DNA from: an uncultured delta proteobacterium
GTDB lineage: Bacteria > Myxococcota_A > Polyangia > Polyangiales > Houyiibacteriaceae
Length of the DNA stretch: 64,000 nucleotides
NCBI GenBank assembly: GCA_963699755.1
Contig: CAVOVB010000004.1
Location: 157,303 to 221,302 of the forward strand
Direction: 5' to 3'
Part shown: positions 8,709 to 17,917 of the stretch, piece after piece
Layout of the letters: every line of letters begins with the position of its first letter
Position numbering within the stretch: the stretch's first letter is position 1
The notes under the pieces: model-generated
Told to the model about the DNA's origin: nothing
Database searches by the model: none
Seen by the model: only the letters and a program-made list of their open reading frames with translations
Position numbers and translations under genes: made by a program

Positions 8709-11396
8709 GTGCCCGAAGAGCTTCCGAAGAAGGGGGATCCGGAGACGATCTACGTGATCGACATCAGCTCCTACGTCTTCCGCGCCTACCACGCCCTTCC
8801 GCCCCTTTCGAACAGCAAAGGCGAGCCGACCCATGCGGTCGCCGGCGTAGCGAGCATGCTGCTCAAGCTACTTCGGGAGCGCGAGCCGCGAGGAGTCATC
8901 GTCGCGATGGACTCCAAGGGGAAGTCGTTTCGCAAAGAGCTGTATGCGGACTACAAGGCCAATCGCCCGCCGGCGCCGCCCGATCTCGAACTGCAGATGA
9001 TTCGCGTCCGCGAGATCGCCGAAGCCTGGGGGATGACACCCGTCGAGGCCCCGGGGTTCGAGGCCGATGACGTGATTGCGACCCTGGTCGCGCAGGCCCG
9101 CGACCAGGGGCTTCGAGTCGTGATCGTGAGCGCCGACAAGGACCTGCTCCAACTCGTGGGCCCCGATGTCGTCATGTACGACACGATGCGCGACAAGGTG
9201 TTTGGCCCCGACGAGACCCGGGACAAGCTCGGCGTCGAGCCCAGCCAGGTGTGCGACCTCTTGGCGCTGATGGGCGACAGCTCGGACAACGTGCCGGGCG
9301 TTCCTTCGGTCGGGCAGAAGACCGCGGCCAAGCTTCTCGAGGACTACGGGAGTCTGGACGGCATCTACGAGAACCTCGAGAACATCACGCGCAAGGCTCT
9401 CAAGGCGAAGCTCAAAGAGCATCGAAGCAAGGCGCTCACCTCCAGGGAGCTGGTGACGCTTCGGCACGACGTGGCGGTCGACCAGGACCTCATCACTCGC
9501 CCGTACAGCGGAGGGAACACCGCGGCGCTGCGCTCGCTCTTCAGCGAGCTCGAGCTGACCCGTCTGCTCGCTCAGCTCGACCCGGCGCCTGTCATCAAAG
9601 GGCATTACGAGACGATCACGACCGTGGAGGGCCTTCATCGGATTGCTCGCACGATCCGAGAGGTCGGGCGCTTCGCGCTATATTCGGTGATGGACATCGA
9701 CGATCCGATCCGGGCAGAGTTGGTCGGCGTTGCGCTGAGCTGGGTCGAGGGCGTGGGCGCATACATCCCTCTTGCCCACCGTTACATCGGCGCTCCCGAC
9801 CACCTCCGATGGGACGATGCAGGCACGGTCCTCACGCCGCTGCTCGAGAACTCGCTCATTCCGAAGCTCACCTTGGCCAAACGCGAGAAGGTCTTATGGG
9901 CGCGACGTGGTGTCACCCTTCGAGGGGTTCGGTTCGACCCGTCCCTGGCGAGCTATCTGCTCGACCCCGGCCGACATGCGCACCGGCTGGAAGACCTCGC
10001 GCGCCAGGAGCTCGACGGCGAGCTGAGCGAAGAAGACGCCGTTCGCGGGAAGGGCAAGAAGGCCATGACTTGGGACGAGGTCGAGATCGACGCCGTGGCG
10101 CAGTACGCCAACGAGCGTGCCGACTACACCTTCCGCCTTAGCGAGCTCCTGACCCCGCGCATGCACGAAGGGGAGTTCGAGCGGCTCTTCTACGAGGTGG
10201 AGTTGCCCCTGGCCGGCGTCCTCGCGACCATGGAGCTGACGGGAATTCGGGTCGACTCCGAGCTCCTTGCGGAGCTTTCCAAGACAGCTGACACCGAGCT
10301 CGAGAACCTCCACGCCCGGTGCACGGAGCTGGCCGGCCACGACTTCAACGTCTCATCCCCCCGGCAGCTCGAGACCATCCTCTTCGACGAGCTCGGACTG
10401 CCCTCCAGCAAGAAGACCAAGACGGCCCGATCGACCGATCAGGGAGTCCTCGAAGAGCTTGCGCAGCTCCACCCGCTGCCGCAGGCGATTCTCGAATACC
10501 GCTCGGTCTCGAAGCTCAAGAGCACGTACCTAGACGCCTTACCAAGGGAGGTTAATTCGGAGACCGGCCGCATTCACACACGCTACAACCAGCTCGTGGC
10601 CGCCACGGGGCGCCTCTCGTCGAGCGATCCAAACCTGCAGAACATCCCGATTCGCACCGAAATGGGCCGCCGGGTACGGGACGCCTTCGTGCCGGCGGAC
10701 GGTTGGTCGATGCTGTCGGCCGACTACTCCCAGATCGAGCTTCGGGTTCTGGCACACCTCAGCCGCGATCCGGCGCTGGTGGAGGCGTTCTCGCGAGGGG
10801 ACGACGTCCACATCCAGACCGCCTGCGCGCTATTCGGCGTGAAGCCCGAGGAAGTGACCAAGCAGATGCGCGGCGAGGCCAAGACGGTGAATTTCGCCGT
10901 CATCTACGGCCAGAGCCAGTTCGCTCTGGCCCGGAACCTCAAGATCGATCGGGCTGAGGCGCAGCGCTACATCGACGCGTTTTTCGATCAATACGCAGGC
11001 GTCAAGTCATTTCTCGACGAAGTGGTCGAACAGGCGCGTGCAAACGGCTTGGTGACGACGCTCCTCGGCCGCCGCCGCTCGCTCCCCGATATTCGAAGCC
11101 AGAACAAGAACCTGCGCGCCGCAGCGGAGCGCATCGCGTGCAATACGCCCATTCAGGGGACCGCCGCCGACATCATGAAGGTCGCGATGGTTCAGATTCA
11201 GCACGCGATCGAGGCGCAGCGCCTGCAGAGCCGAATGGTACTGACCGTTCACGACGAGCTCGTGTTCGAAGCGCCGCCAGCGGAGCGCGAAGGCTTGGAG
11301 GCGCTCGTGCTCGATCACATGCAGAACGCCGTACCGCTTGCGGTGCCGCTGCCCGTCGAGGCCGGCTGGGGAGAGAGCTGGGGAGCAGCGCACTGA
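8709..11396 (+). CDS. polA: DNA polymerase I
   Basis: 5'-3' exonuclease (FRAYHA, YKANR, EADDVI, GDSSDNVPGV) and polymerase motifs (TGRLSSSDPNLQNIP, DYSQIELR, KTVNFAVIYG, VHDELV). Confidence 0.98.
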   Translation: MPEELPKKGDPETIYVIDISSYVFRAYHALPPLSNSKGEPTHAVAGVASMLLKLLREREPRGVIVAMDSKGKSFRKELYADYKANRPPAPPDLELQMIRVREIAEAWGMTPVEAPGFEADDVIATLVAQARDQGLRVVIVSADKDLLQLVGPDVVMYDTMRDKVFGPDETRDKLGVEPSQVCDLLALMGDSSDNVPGVPSVGQKTAAKLLEDYGSLDGIYENLENITRKALKAKLKEHRSKALTSRELVTLRHDVAVDQDLITRPYSGGNTAALRSLFSELELTRLLAQLDPAPVIKGHYETITTVEGLHRIARTIREVGRFALYSVMDIDDPIRAELVGVALSWVEGVGAYIPLAHRYIGAPDHLRWDDAGTVLTPLLENSLIPKLTLAKREKVLWARRGVTLRGVRFDPSLASYLLDPGRHAHRLEDLARQELDGELSEEDAVRGKGKKAMTWDEVEIDAVAQYANERADYTFRLSELLTPRMHEGEFERLFYEVELPLAGVLATMELTGIRVDSELLAELSKTADTELENLHARCTELAGHDFNVSSPRQLETILFDELGLPSSKKTKTARSTDQGVLEELAQLHPLPQAILEYRSVSKLKSTYLDALPREVNSETGRIHTRYNQLVAATGRLSSSDPNLQNIPIRTEMGRRVRDAFVPADGWSMLSADYSQIELRVLAHLSRDPALVEAFSRGDDVHIQTACALFGVKPEEVTKQMRGEAKTVNFAVIYGQSQFALARNLKIDRAEAQRYIDAFFDQYAGVKSFLDEVVEQARANGLVTTLLGRRRSLPDIRSQNKNLRAAAERIACNTPIQGTAADIMKVAMVQIQHAIEAQRLQSRMVLTVHDELVFEAPPAEREGLEALVLDHMQNAVPLAVPLPVEAGWGESWGAAH

Positions 11397-11427
11397 ACGC
11401 GTTGCGCGTACGCTGTCGCGCCGCCCG

Positions 11428-12231
11428 CTACCTCACAAACCCAAAGTGCCGAAGGCCCTCTAGGACTCCTCGTGCATACGGATGCTTGGCGAAATAGATC
11501 TTGTCGGCGATTCCTTGGGCGACCGATTCGATGCCCAAGTCCTTCTTGAGCGCTTGGTCCGCGTTCCCCACCACGATGACTCGAAACCCGGTCAGCATCG
11601 CGGCCCGGTCGTTTCCCGAGTCGCCGGCATAGACCAGGTGCTGCTCATCGACGCCGCTGTGATCGTGGAGGTAGCGAACGGCATAGTCCTTGGCGATCCC
11701 GGCGGGGAGCACGTCCAGGAGGCCGCGGTCGCTCACCGGATCGTGACTTGCGACGAGGTTCGCATGCGTGTTCGCTGCGTCTAGCCTCGATTGCACGATG
11801 TCGACGTACGGCTCGGGGCGTCCCTGCGTGTAGTAGCTGAGCTTGAACTCGCCCTGCTTCTCTTCTTCTTGAGGCTCCAGTCCCTCGATGGTGCCGATCG
11901 CCGCCCGGATCTCGACGCCGCTCAAGCCACCGTAGGCCTTCCGCATCGCCTCGCGATACGCTTCATCCGGCTCGAACCCCCCATCCGTGCGTCGATACAC
12001 GCTGGTTCCGACGTCGCAGACGAACCAATCGGGCGACGGCAGTCCGATCTCCGCAATCCCTTCCAGCGCAAGCGCCAGATGTCGGCCGGTGACGTACGCG
12101 AGCATCAGGTTGACGCTGTCGTCGAGCACGTCTACGAACTCTGTGACCTCACGCAAGCGTTGGGAATCGCGCTCCAGGGGGATCAGCGTCCCATCCAAGT
12201 CGGACGCAAGGAGTGAACGTGTTACGCTCAT
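11428..12231 (-). CDS. HAD-IIB sucrose-phosphate phosphatase-like hydrolase
   Basis: SDLDGTL, VTGR, CDVGT, DVLPAGIAK, GDSGND all present. Divergent from the SPS gene. Confidence 0.85.
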   Translation of the reverse strand: MSVTRSLLASDLDGTLIPLERDSQRLREVTEFVDVLDDSVNLMLAYVTGRHLALALEGIAEIGLPSPDWFVCDVGTSVYRRTDGGFEPDEAYREAMRKAYGGLSGVEIRAAIGTIEGLEPQEEEKQGEFKLSYYTQGRPEPYVDIVQSRLDAANTHANLVASHDPVSDRGLLDVLPAGIAKDYAVRYLHDHSGVDEQHLVYAGDSGNDRAAMLTGFRVIVVGNADQALKKDLGIESVAQGIADKIYFAKHPYARGVLEGLRHFGFVR

Positions 12232-12235
12232 GCCT

Positions 12236-12248
12236 GCGTGAGCCTAGC
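12236..12248 (-). promoter_or_regulatory. Putative -10 element (TAGGCT) before the SPP gene
   Basis: Minus strand GCTAGGCTCACGCaggcATG; same 13-mer and same spacing as at moeA. Confidence 0.45.
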
Positions 12249-12294
12249 GAGGACCGAGCCCCCCTGCACCCCGGAATAAGTCAACTGAGAGCCT

Positions 12295-15200
12295 GTGCAT
12301 CGATTCCACAAACGACCTGTGATTTTCGGGGAGGTGCTGTTCGACCACTTTCCAGACGGCAGCCGTGTCTTGGGAGGCGCCCCGTTCAACGTCGCCTGGC
12401 ATTTGCGGGGATTCAACTCGAATCCCCTGGTGATCAGCGCGGTCGGCGACGACGAGCAGGGCCAGGAAATCCTCGAACGAATGACGAGCTGGGACCTGAT
12501 GACCCACGGGGTGCAGGTCGACCCGGAGCATCCGACTGGCCGAGTGATCGCCTCAGTGGCGGACGGAGAAAACCGGTTCGAGATCGCGCCCGGACAAGCT
12601 TGGGACGCGATACGCGCGGAGCCGGCGCTCCGAAGCGCATTCGAAGAACCCGCAGGGCTCCTCTACCACGGCACGCTCGCCCTTCGCTCCGACGAGAGCT
12701 GGGCCACGCTTCGCAAGCTCAGAGCCGAGACCGACGCACCCTCCTTCGTCGACATCAACCTCCGCGACCCCTGGTGGAGCAGAGAGAAAGTCGACTGGTG
12801 TCTTCGGAACGGAAGTTGGATCAAGCTCAATGACAAAGAGCTCTCGGAGCTGACTTCCAAGCCAACCGGCTCGTTCGAAGAATGCCGCGACGCTGCCATG
12901 GCACTTGCCCGCGACCACGGGAACGAGCGCCTCATCGTCACTCGCGGTGCGCAGGGAGCGATGTCGGTGCTGGGAGGTCAGACCGCGTTTGAAGCTCGTC
13001 CAGCCGCCGTGAAGAACCTGATTGACAGCGTAGGTGCAGGCGATGGGTTCAGCGCGATTATCTGCCTCGGGCTCCTTCAGGAATGGGATCACCAGGTGAT
13101 CCTCGATCGTGCGGCGGCCTTCGCTGCCGACCTATGCGGCATCCGCGGCGCGACGACGACCGATTTCGCCCTCTACGAACGGCACCTGACCGAGTGGGCC
13201 AAGGACACCAGCGCCGGCACCATCCGCGCTCCCGAAACGCACTCCCTCTACGTCTTGTCTCTCACCATCCACGGGCTCGTGCGCGCGCGCGACATCGAGC
13301 TCGGTCGCGATGCAGACACCGGCGGCCAGGTCTCGTACGTGGTCGACCAGGCGAGGGCACTTTCGGCTCGTCCAAACATAGAGCGTGTCGACGTCATCAC
13401 CCGGCTGATTGAGGATAGGCGGGTCGACCCGATCTACTCGCGCCCTTTCGAACCGATCAGCCGCGGCGCCCAAATCGTTCGAATCCCCTTCGGCCCGCGG
13501 CGCTACCTTCGCAAGGAATCCCTCTGGGAGCACCTCGACAGCTTGCTCGACCAACTGACCCGCTATGTTCGGATGCAGGAGCGCCCGCCCGACCTGATCC
13601 ATGGGCACTATGCCGATGCGGGCTATGTGGGCTCGCGTCTGGCGAAGCTCCTCGGGGTCCCGCTGGTGTTCACGGGCCACTCGCTCGGCCGGGTCAAGCA
13701 ATTGCGTCTGCAGTCCAAAGCCGACGAAAGCGAGCAGACCTACCGCTTCGCGCAACGCATTGAAGCCGAAGAGCGTGCCCTCGAAAGCGCAGCGCTCGTC
13801 ATTGCGAGCACCCGACAAGAGGTCCGGGAGCAATACGAGCTTTACGACCATTACCAGCCCGAGCGCATGCAGGTCATCCCGCCGGGCGTCGACCTTTCTC
13901 GTTTCTCCCCGCCTGGCGAGGCCTGGGAACGGCCGCGAATCGCCGACGAGCTCGGCCGTTTCCTGAGGGACCCGAGCAAGCCGATGGTCCTGGCGCTGGC
14001 CCGCGCCGATGAGCGTAAGAACTTCGAAGGGCTGGTCCGCGCGTTCGGCGAAACCGAAGGTCTCCGGGAGATGGCCAACTTGGTCATCGTCGCCGGAAAC
14101 CGCGACGACATCAGTGAGATGGGGGTGGGCCCGCGCCGCGTCTTGACCCAGATCCTGGCGCTGATCGATCGCTACGACCTCTATGGAAGCGTGGCCTATC
14201 CCAAGCATCACGAGCCACGCGATGTGCCCGAGCTCTTCAGGCTTGCCGCCAAGACGAGAGGCGTCTTCGTAAACCCGGCGCTGACCGAGCCCTTCGGCCT
14301 CACTCTGCTCGAAGCCGCGGCCACCGGCCTGCCGCTGGTCGCCACCAACGATGGCGGCCCACAGGACATCATCGGGACCTGCAACAACGGCATCCTCGTC
14401 GACGCGCTCGATTCCGACGCGATCGGCGAAGCGATTCGCGACGCGCTGAGCGATCCGGGGCGCTGGTCACGCTGGGCCGAAGATGGGCTCGCAGCGGCGC
14501 ACGCGAATTACTCCTGGGACAGCCACGCGACTCGATATGTCGAAGAGGCCAAGAAGATCTTGAAGGACATGCGTCATGCGCCCATCCGTCGACCGCACAC
14601 GAAGCTTGCGGGCATGGACAGGCTGCTCGTCACCGACGTCGACGACACACTGACTGGAGACGACGAAGCCATGGCGATGCTGATGAAGCGCCTGGAGACC
14701 ACCGATGCGAAAGTCGGTTTCGGCATCGCGACCGGGCGCACCTTGGACGAAGCGCTCGCCCTCATGAACGAGCTGAACATGCCGGTTCCCGACGTCCTCA
14801 TCACCGCGGCGGGAACTGAGCTCCACTACGGGACCCACTTGCTCCCCGACCGCTCCTGGGAGCGCCAGATTCGCTACCGTTGGGACCTGAACGAAGTGCA
14901 CCGGGTCCTGCAGGGGATTCCTGGCCTCGACCGCGTTCACCCCTCGGAAACGAAGTATCGGCTCCGGTACCGCCTCGACCCCAAGCGTGCACCGGATCTC
15001 AAAGAAATCCGCCGCCGCGTTCGCCAAGAGGGGCTGCGGGTGACTACCATTTTGGATCATGAGATCTATCTGGATGTGCTCCCCATCCGCGCTTCCTGCG
15101 GGTTCGCGATTCGGTTTTTCTGCTTCAAGTGGAACCTCGAGCCTCAGCGCCTCCTGGTCGCCGGCGATTCCGGAAACGACTGGGACATGCTTTCGGGAGA

Positions 15201-15366
15201 TACACTCGGCGTGGTCGTGAGCAATCACACCCCCGAGCTCGATCGGCTTCGCGGGCGGCCTCGTGTTCATTTTGCGAAGAGTGCTCACGCGCGCGGTATC
15301 CTCGAGGGGATCGACTGGTACGATTTCTTAGGGGACATCAGAATCCCAGCCGAGGATCGAGAATGA
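12295..15366 (+). CDS. Three-domain fusion: PfkB (fructokinase-like) kinase + sucrose-phosphate synthase (GT4) + SPP-like HAD domain
   Basis: One uninterrupted 1023-aa ORF. PfkB: GEVLFD, GGAPFNVA, DINLR, DSVGAGDGF. SPS: HGLVR..ELGRDADTGGQV, HGHYADAG, TGHSLG, RIEAEE, EPFGLTLLEAAA. HAD: TDVDDTL, ATGR, GDSGND. Confidence 0.93.
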   Translation: MHRFHKRPVIFGEVLFDHFPDGSRVLGGAPFNVAWHLRGFNSNPLVISAVGDDEQGQEILERMTSWDLMTHGVQVDPEHPTGRVIASVADGENRFEIAPGQAWDAIRAEPALRSAFEEPAGLLYHGTLALRSDESWATLRKLRAETDAPSFVDINLRDPWWSREKVDWCLRNGSWIKLNDKELSELTSKPTGSFEECRDAAMALARDHGNERLIVTRGAQGAMSVLGGQTAFEARPAAVKNLIDSVGAGDGFSAIICLGLLQEWDHQVILDRAAAFAADLCGIRGATTTDFALYERHLTEWAKDTSAGTIRAPETHSLYVLSLTIHGLVRARDIELGRDADTGGQVSYVVDQARALSARPNIERVDVITRLIEDRRVDPIYSRPFEPISRGAQIVRIPFGPRRYLRKESLWEHLDSLLDQLTRYVRMQERPPDLIHGHYADAGYVGSRLAKLLGVPLVFTGHSLGRVKQLRLQSKADESEQTYRFAQRIEAEERALESAALVIASTRQEVREQYELYDHYQPERMQVIPPGVDLSRFSPPGEAWERPRIADELGRFLRDPSKPMVLALARADERKNFEGLVRAFGETEGLREMANLVIVAGNRDDISEMGVGPRRVLTQILALIDRYDLYGSVAYPKHHEPRDVPELFRLAAKTRGVFVNPALTEPFGLTLLEAAATGLPLVATNDGGPQDIIGTCNNGILVDALDSDAIGEAIRDALSDPGRWSRWAEDGLAAAHANYSWDSHATRYVEEAKKILKDMRHAPIRRPHTKLAGMDRLLVTDVDDTLTGDDEAMAMLMKRLETTDAKVGFGIATGRTLDEALALMNELNMPVPDVLITAAGTELHYGTHLLPDRSWERQIRYRWDLNEVHRVLQGIPGLDRVHPSETKYRLRYRLDPKRAPDLKEIRRRVRQEGLRVTTILDHEIYLDVLPIRASCGFAIRFFCFKWNLEPQRLLVAGDSGNDWDMLSGDTLGVVVSNHTPELDRLRGRPRVHFAKSAHARGILEGIDWYDFLGDIRIPAEDRE

Positions 15367-17762
15367 TTGAGACGCTCGACGAGCTGCTCCACTCCCATCG
15401 CGAAGCCCTCTATCTCTTGTTCAGGCGACTGAAGGCGCTCGAACGTCGGTTCCTCCTCTGGTCGGATCTCGTACACGAGTGCGAACAGTTCACCGAGACC
15501 GAAGTGGGTGCGCGGCTCCGCGACACCAAGATCACGGCGATCATGCGGCACACTCAGGAAGCCGTGGTCCATGAGCCGTTCATCTGTTTCGCGGTGCGGG
15601 TACGCGTCGGGCGTTGGCAGTACGTGCAGGTGAACACCGAGGAGATGCACAGCCGCGAGCTCAGCGTGACCGAGTTCCTCGACATCAAGGAGCGGATCGC
15701 AGCTGGGATTCCTCCGGGCGACCGCTACGTCCTCGAAGTCGATCTGAGCCCGTTCGAACGTGGCTTCCCGAAGCTCAAGGATCCTCGCAATATCGGGCGG
15801 GGCGTCGAGTTTTTGAACCGGCACTTGTCGGTCCGGCTCTTCATGGACGGCGGTCGCGGTCAGAAGCTCCTCTTCGACTTCTTGCAGGTCCACCAGGTTG
15901 GCGGACAGCAGCTGATGCTCAACGGAACGCTTCGTGACCTCGATGAGCTCCGCGAGGCGCTCGAAAATGCGCGCTCGGTCCTCGACGGCCACGAAGAGGA
16001 GAGCGCCGATCTCAGCCGCGCCCTTCGACGCTTGGGCTTCGAACCGGGTTGGGGGCGGGCGCCCGGGCAAATTCGCGAGATGATGGAGCTTCTTCTCGAC
16101 ATCCTCGAGGCCCCGTCTCCCGGCAACCTTGCGCGCTTCTTGGCACGCATTCCGATGATTTTCTCGATCGCCATCATTTCGCCCCACGGCTATTTCGGAC
16201 AGTCCAATGTGCTCGGAAAGCCGGACACCGGCGGGCAGGTGGTCTACATCCTCGACCAGGTCCGCGCCTTGGAGCGCGAGATGCGGGAGTCGATCCACGA
16301 CCAGGGGCTCGACATCGTGCCGCAAATCGTGGTGCTGTCGCGCTTGATTCCGGAGGCAGACGGGACGACTTGCGACCAGCGTGTAGAGCCAATTCTCGGA
16401 ACCGAGCATGCGAGCATCCTTCGGGTGCCGTTTCGCGACTATCACACCGGCGAAGTCATTCCTCATTGGATCTCCCGTTTCGCGGTCTGGCCGTACCTCG
16501 AGCGCTATGCCATCGATGCCGAGCGCGAGTTGCTCGCCGAGCTCGGCGGCGCACGCCCGGATTTCGTCATCGGCAACTACTCCGACGGCAACCTCGTTGC
16601 GAGCATCATGGCACACCGGCTCGGCGTCACCCAATGCAACATCGCCCACGCCCTCGAGAAGACGAAATACCTCCTCTCGGACCTGCACTGGCAGGACCAC
16701 GAGGCGGAGCATCACTTTGCGGCGCAGTACACCGCCGACCTCATGGCGATGAACACGGCCGACTTCATCATCACCAGCACCTATCAAGAGATCGCCGGAA
16801 CCGCCGAAAGCGTAGGGCAATACGAGAGCTACGGCTCGTTCTCCCTCCCTCGGCTCTACCGGGTCGTTTCTGGAATCGACTGCTTCGATCCGAAGTTCAA
16901 CATCGTCTCGCCGGGGGCCGACTCGCGGGTGTTCTTTCCCTATTTCGACGAAGCTCATCGCCCCGAAGAAATTCGCCAAGAAATCGAGAGGATGGTCTTT
17001 GGCTCACCGGACTGCGCTTACCGTGGTCTGTTGAGCAAGCAGGACAAGCCCCTGCTCTTCGCCATGTCTCGCCTGGATCGCATCAAGAACATGGCCGGCC
17101 TGGTAGAATGGTATGCGCAGAACCAAGAGCTGCGCGAGGTTGCGAACCTCGTCATCGTGGGGGGACGGCTTCGCACGGAGGAGTCGAACGACCGCGACGA
17201 GCGGGAGCAGATCGAGCGCACCCATTGGCTCTTCGACACGTACAATCTCGAAGGCGATGTCCGCTGGATCGAAATGCAAACCGACAAGACCACGGTCGGC
17301 GAGCTCTACCGTTTCGTAGCAGACCAACGAGGCGCCTTCGTGCAGCCAGCCCTGTTCGAGGCGTTCGGCCTCACCGTCATCGAAGCGATGAGCAGCGGCC
17401 TTCCAACCTTCGCAACCCGCTACGGCGGCCCGCTCGAGATCATCCAACACGGGAAGTCGGGATTCCACATCGATCCGACCCAGGGCGGCGAAATCGCGCG
17501 ACAGATGCTCGACTTCTTCCGAGCCTGCGAAAAGGACCCGGGCGTCTGGGATGCGATTTCGAAGGGTGGCATCGAGCGAGTGGAAGAGCGCTACAACTGG
17601 AAGCTCTACGCCTCGACCCTCATGAAGCTCTCGCGCATCTACGGCTTCTGGCGCTACATATCGTCACTGGAGAGGGACGAGACGAGGCGATACTTGGAGA
17701 TGTTTTATGGGTTGTTGTTGAGGCCGTTGTCGAAGCGAGTGCTGGACAAGGGCGAAGCGTAG
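15363..17762 (+). CDS. Sucrose synthase (GT4)
   Basis: ATGA overlap with the SPS stop. IGRGVEFLNRHLS, SPHGYFGQSNVLGKPDTGGQVVYILDQV, GNYSDGN, AHALEKTKY, FNIVSPG, RLDRIKN, FEAFGLTVIEAM. Confidence 0.96.
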   Translation: MIETLDELLHSHREALYLLFRRLKALERRFLLWSDLVHECEQFTETEVGARLRDTKITAIMRHTQEAVVHEPFICFAVRVRVGRWQYVQVNTEEMHSRELSVTEFLDIKERIAAGIPPGDRYVLEVDLSPFERGFPKLKDPRNIGRGVEFLNRHLSVRLFMDGGRGQKLLFDFLQVHQVGGQQLMLNGTLRDLDELREALENARSVLDGHEEESADLSRALRRLGFEPGWGRAPGQIREMMELLLDILEAPSPGNLARFLARIPMIFSIAIISPHGYFGQSNVLGKPDTGGQVVYILDQVRALEREMRESIHDQGLDIVPQIVVLSRLIPEADGTTCDQRVEPILGTEHASILRVPFRDYHTGEVIPHWISRFAVWPYLERYAIDAERELLAELGGARPDFVIGNYSDGNLVASIMAHRLGVTQCNIAHALEKTKYLLSDLHWQDHEAEHHFAAQYTADLMAMNTADFIITSTYQEIAGTAESVGQYESYGSFSLPRLYRVVSGIDCFDPKFNIVSPGADSRVFFPYFDEAHRPEEIRQEIERMVFGSPDCAYRGLLSKQDKPLLFAMSRLDRIKNMAGLVEWYAQNQELREVANLVIVGGRLRTEESNDRDEREQIERTHWLFDTYNLEGDVRWIEMQTDKTTVGELYRFVADQRGAFVQPALFEAFGLTVIEAMSSGLPTFATRYGGPLEIIQHGKSGFHIDPTQGGEIARQMLDFFRACEKDPGVWDAISKGGIERVEERYNWKLYASTLMKLSRIYGFWRYISSLERDETRRYLEMFYGLLLRPLSKRVLDKGEA

Positions 17763-17917
17763 CGCCCGCATACGTGCCGGGGCGTGCCGGAGCGCGGAAA
17801 AGGCGCGACGCGCCGGCAAGGCGGAGCGCAGCGCCAGGGAGGGCTACGAGCGGGGTACGCGATAGTGTGGGAGCGGTGGGGCGGGACCCGCGCGAGCGTC
17901 GAGTCTAGCAAACGCCG

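Noticed and set aside
15129..15362. Upstream extensions in the ORF track (15129 for sucrose synthase; also 32791, 33621, 44804, 50602)
   Set aside because: They overlap neighbouring genes; coupled or signal-peptide-bearing downstream starts fit better.
17763..17917. G-rich spacer between sucrose synthase and GH31 as ncRNA or terminator
   Set aside because: No convincing stem with U-tract or recognisable RNA motif by eye.
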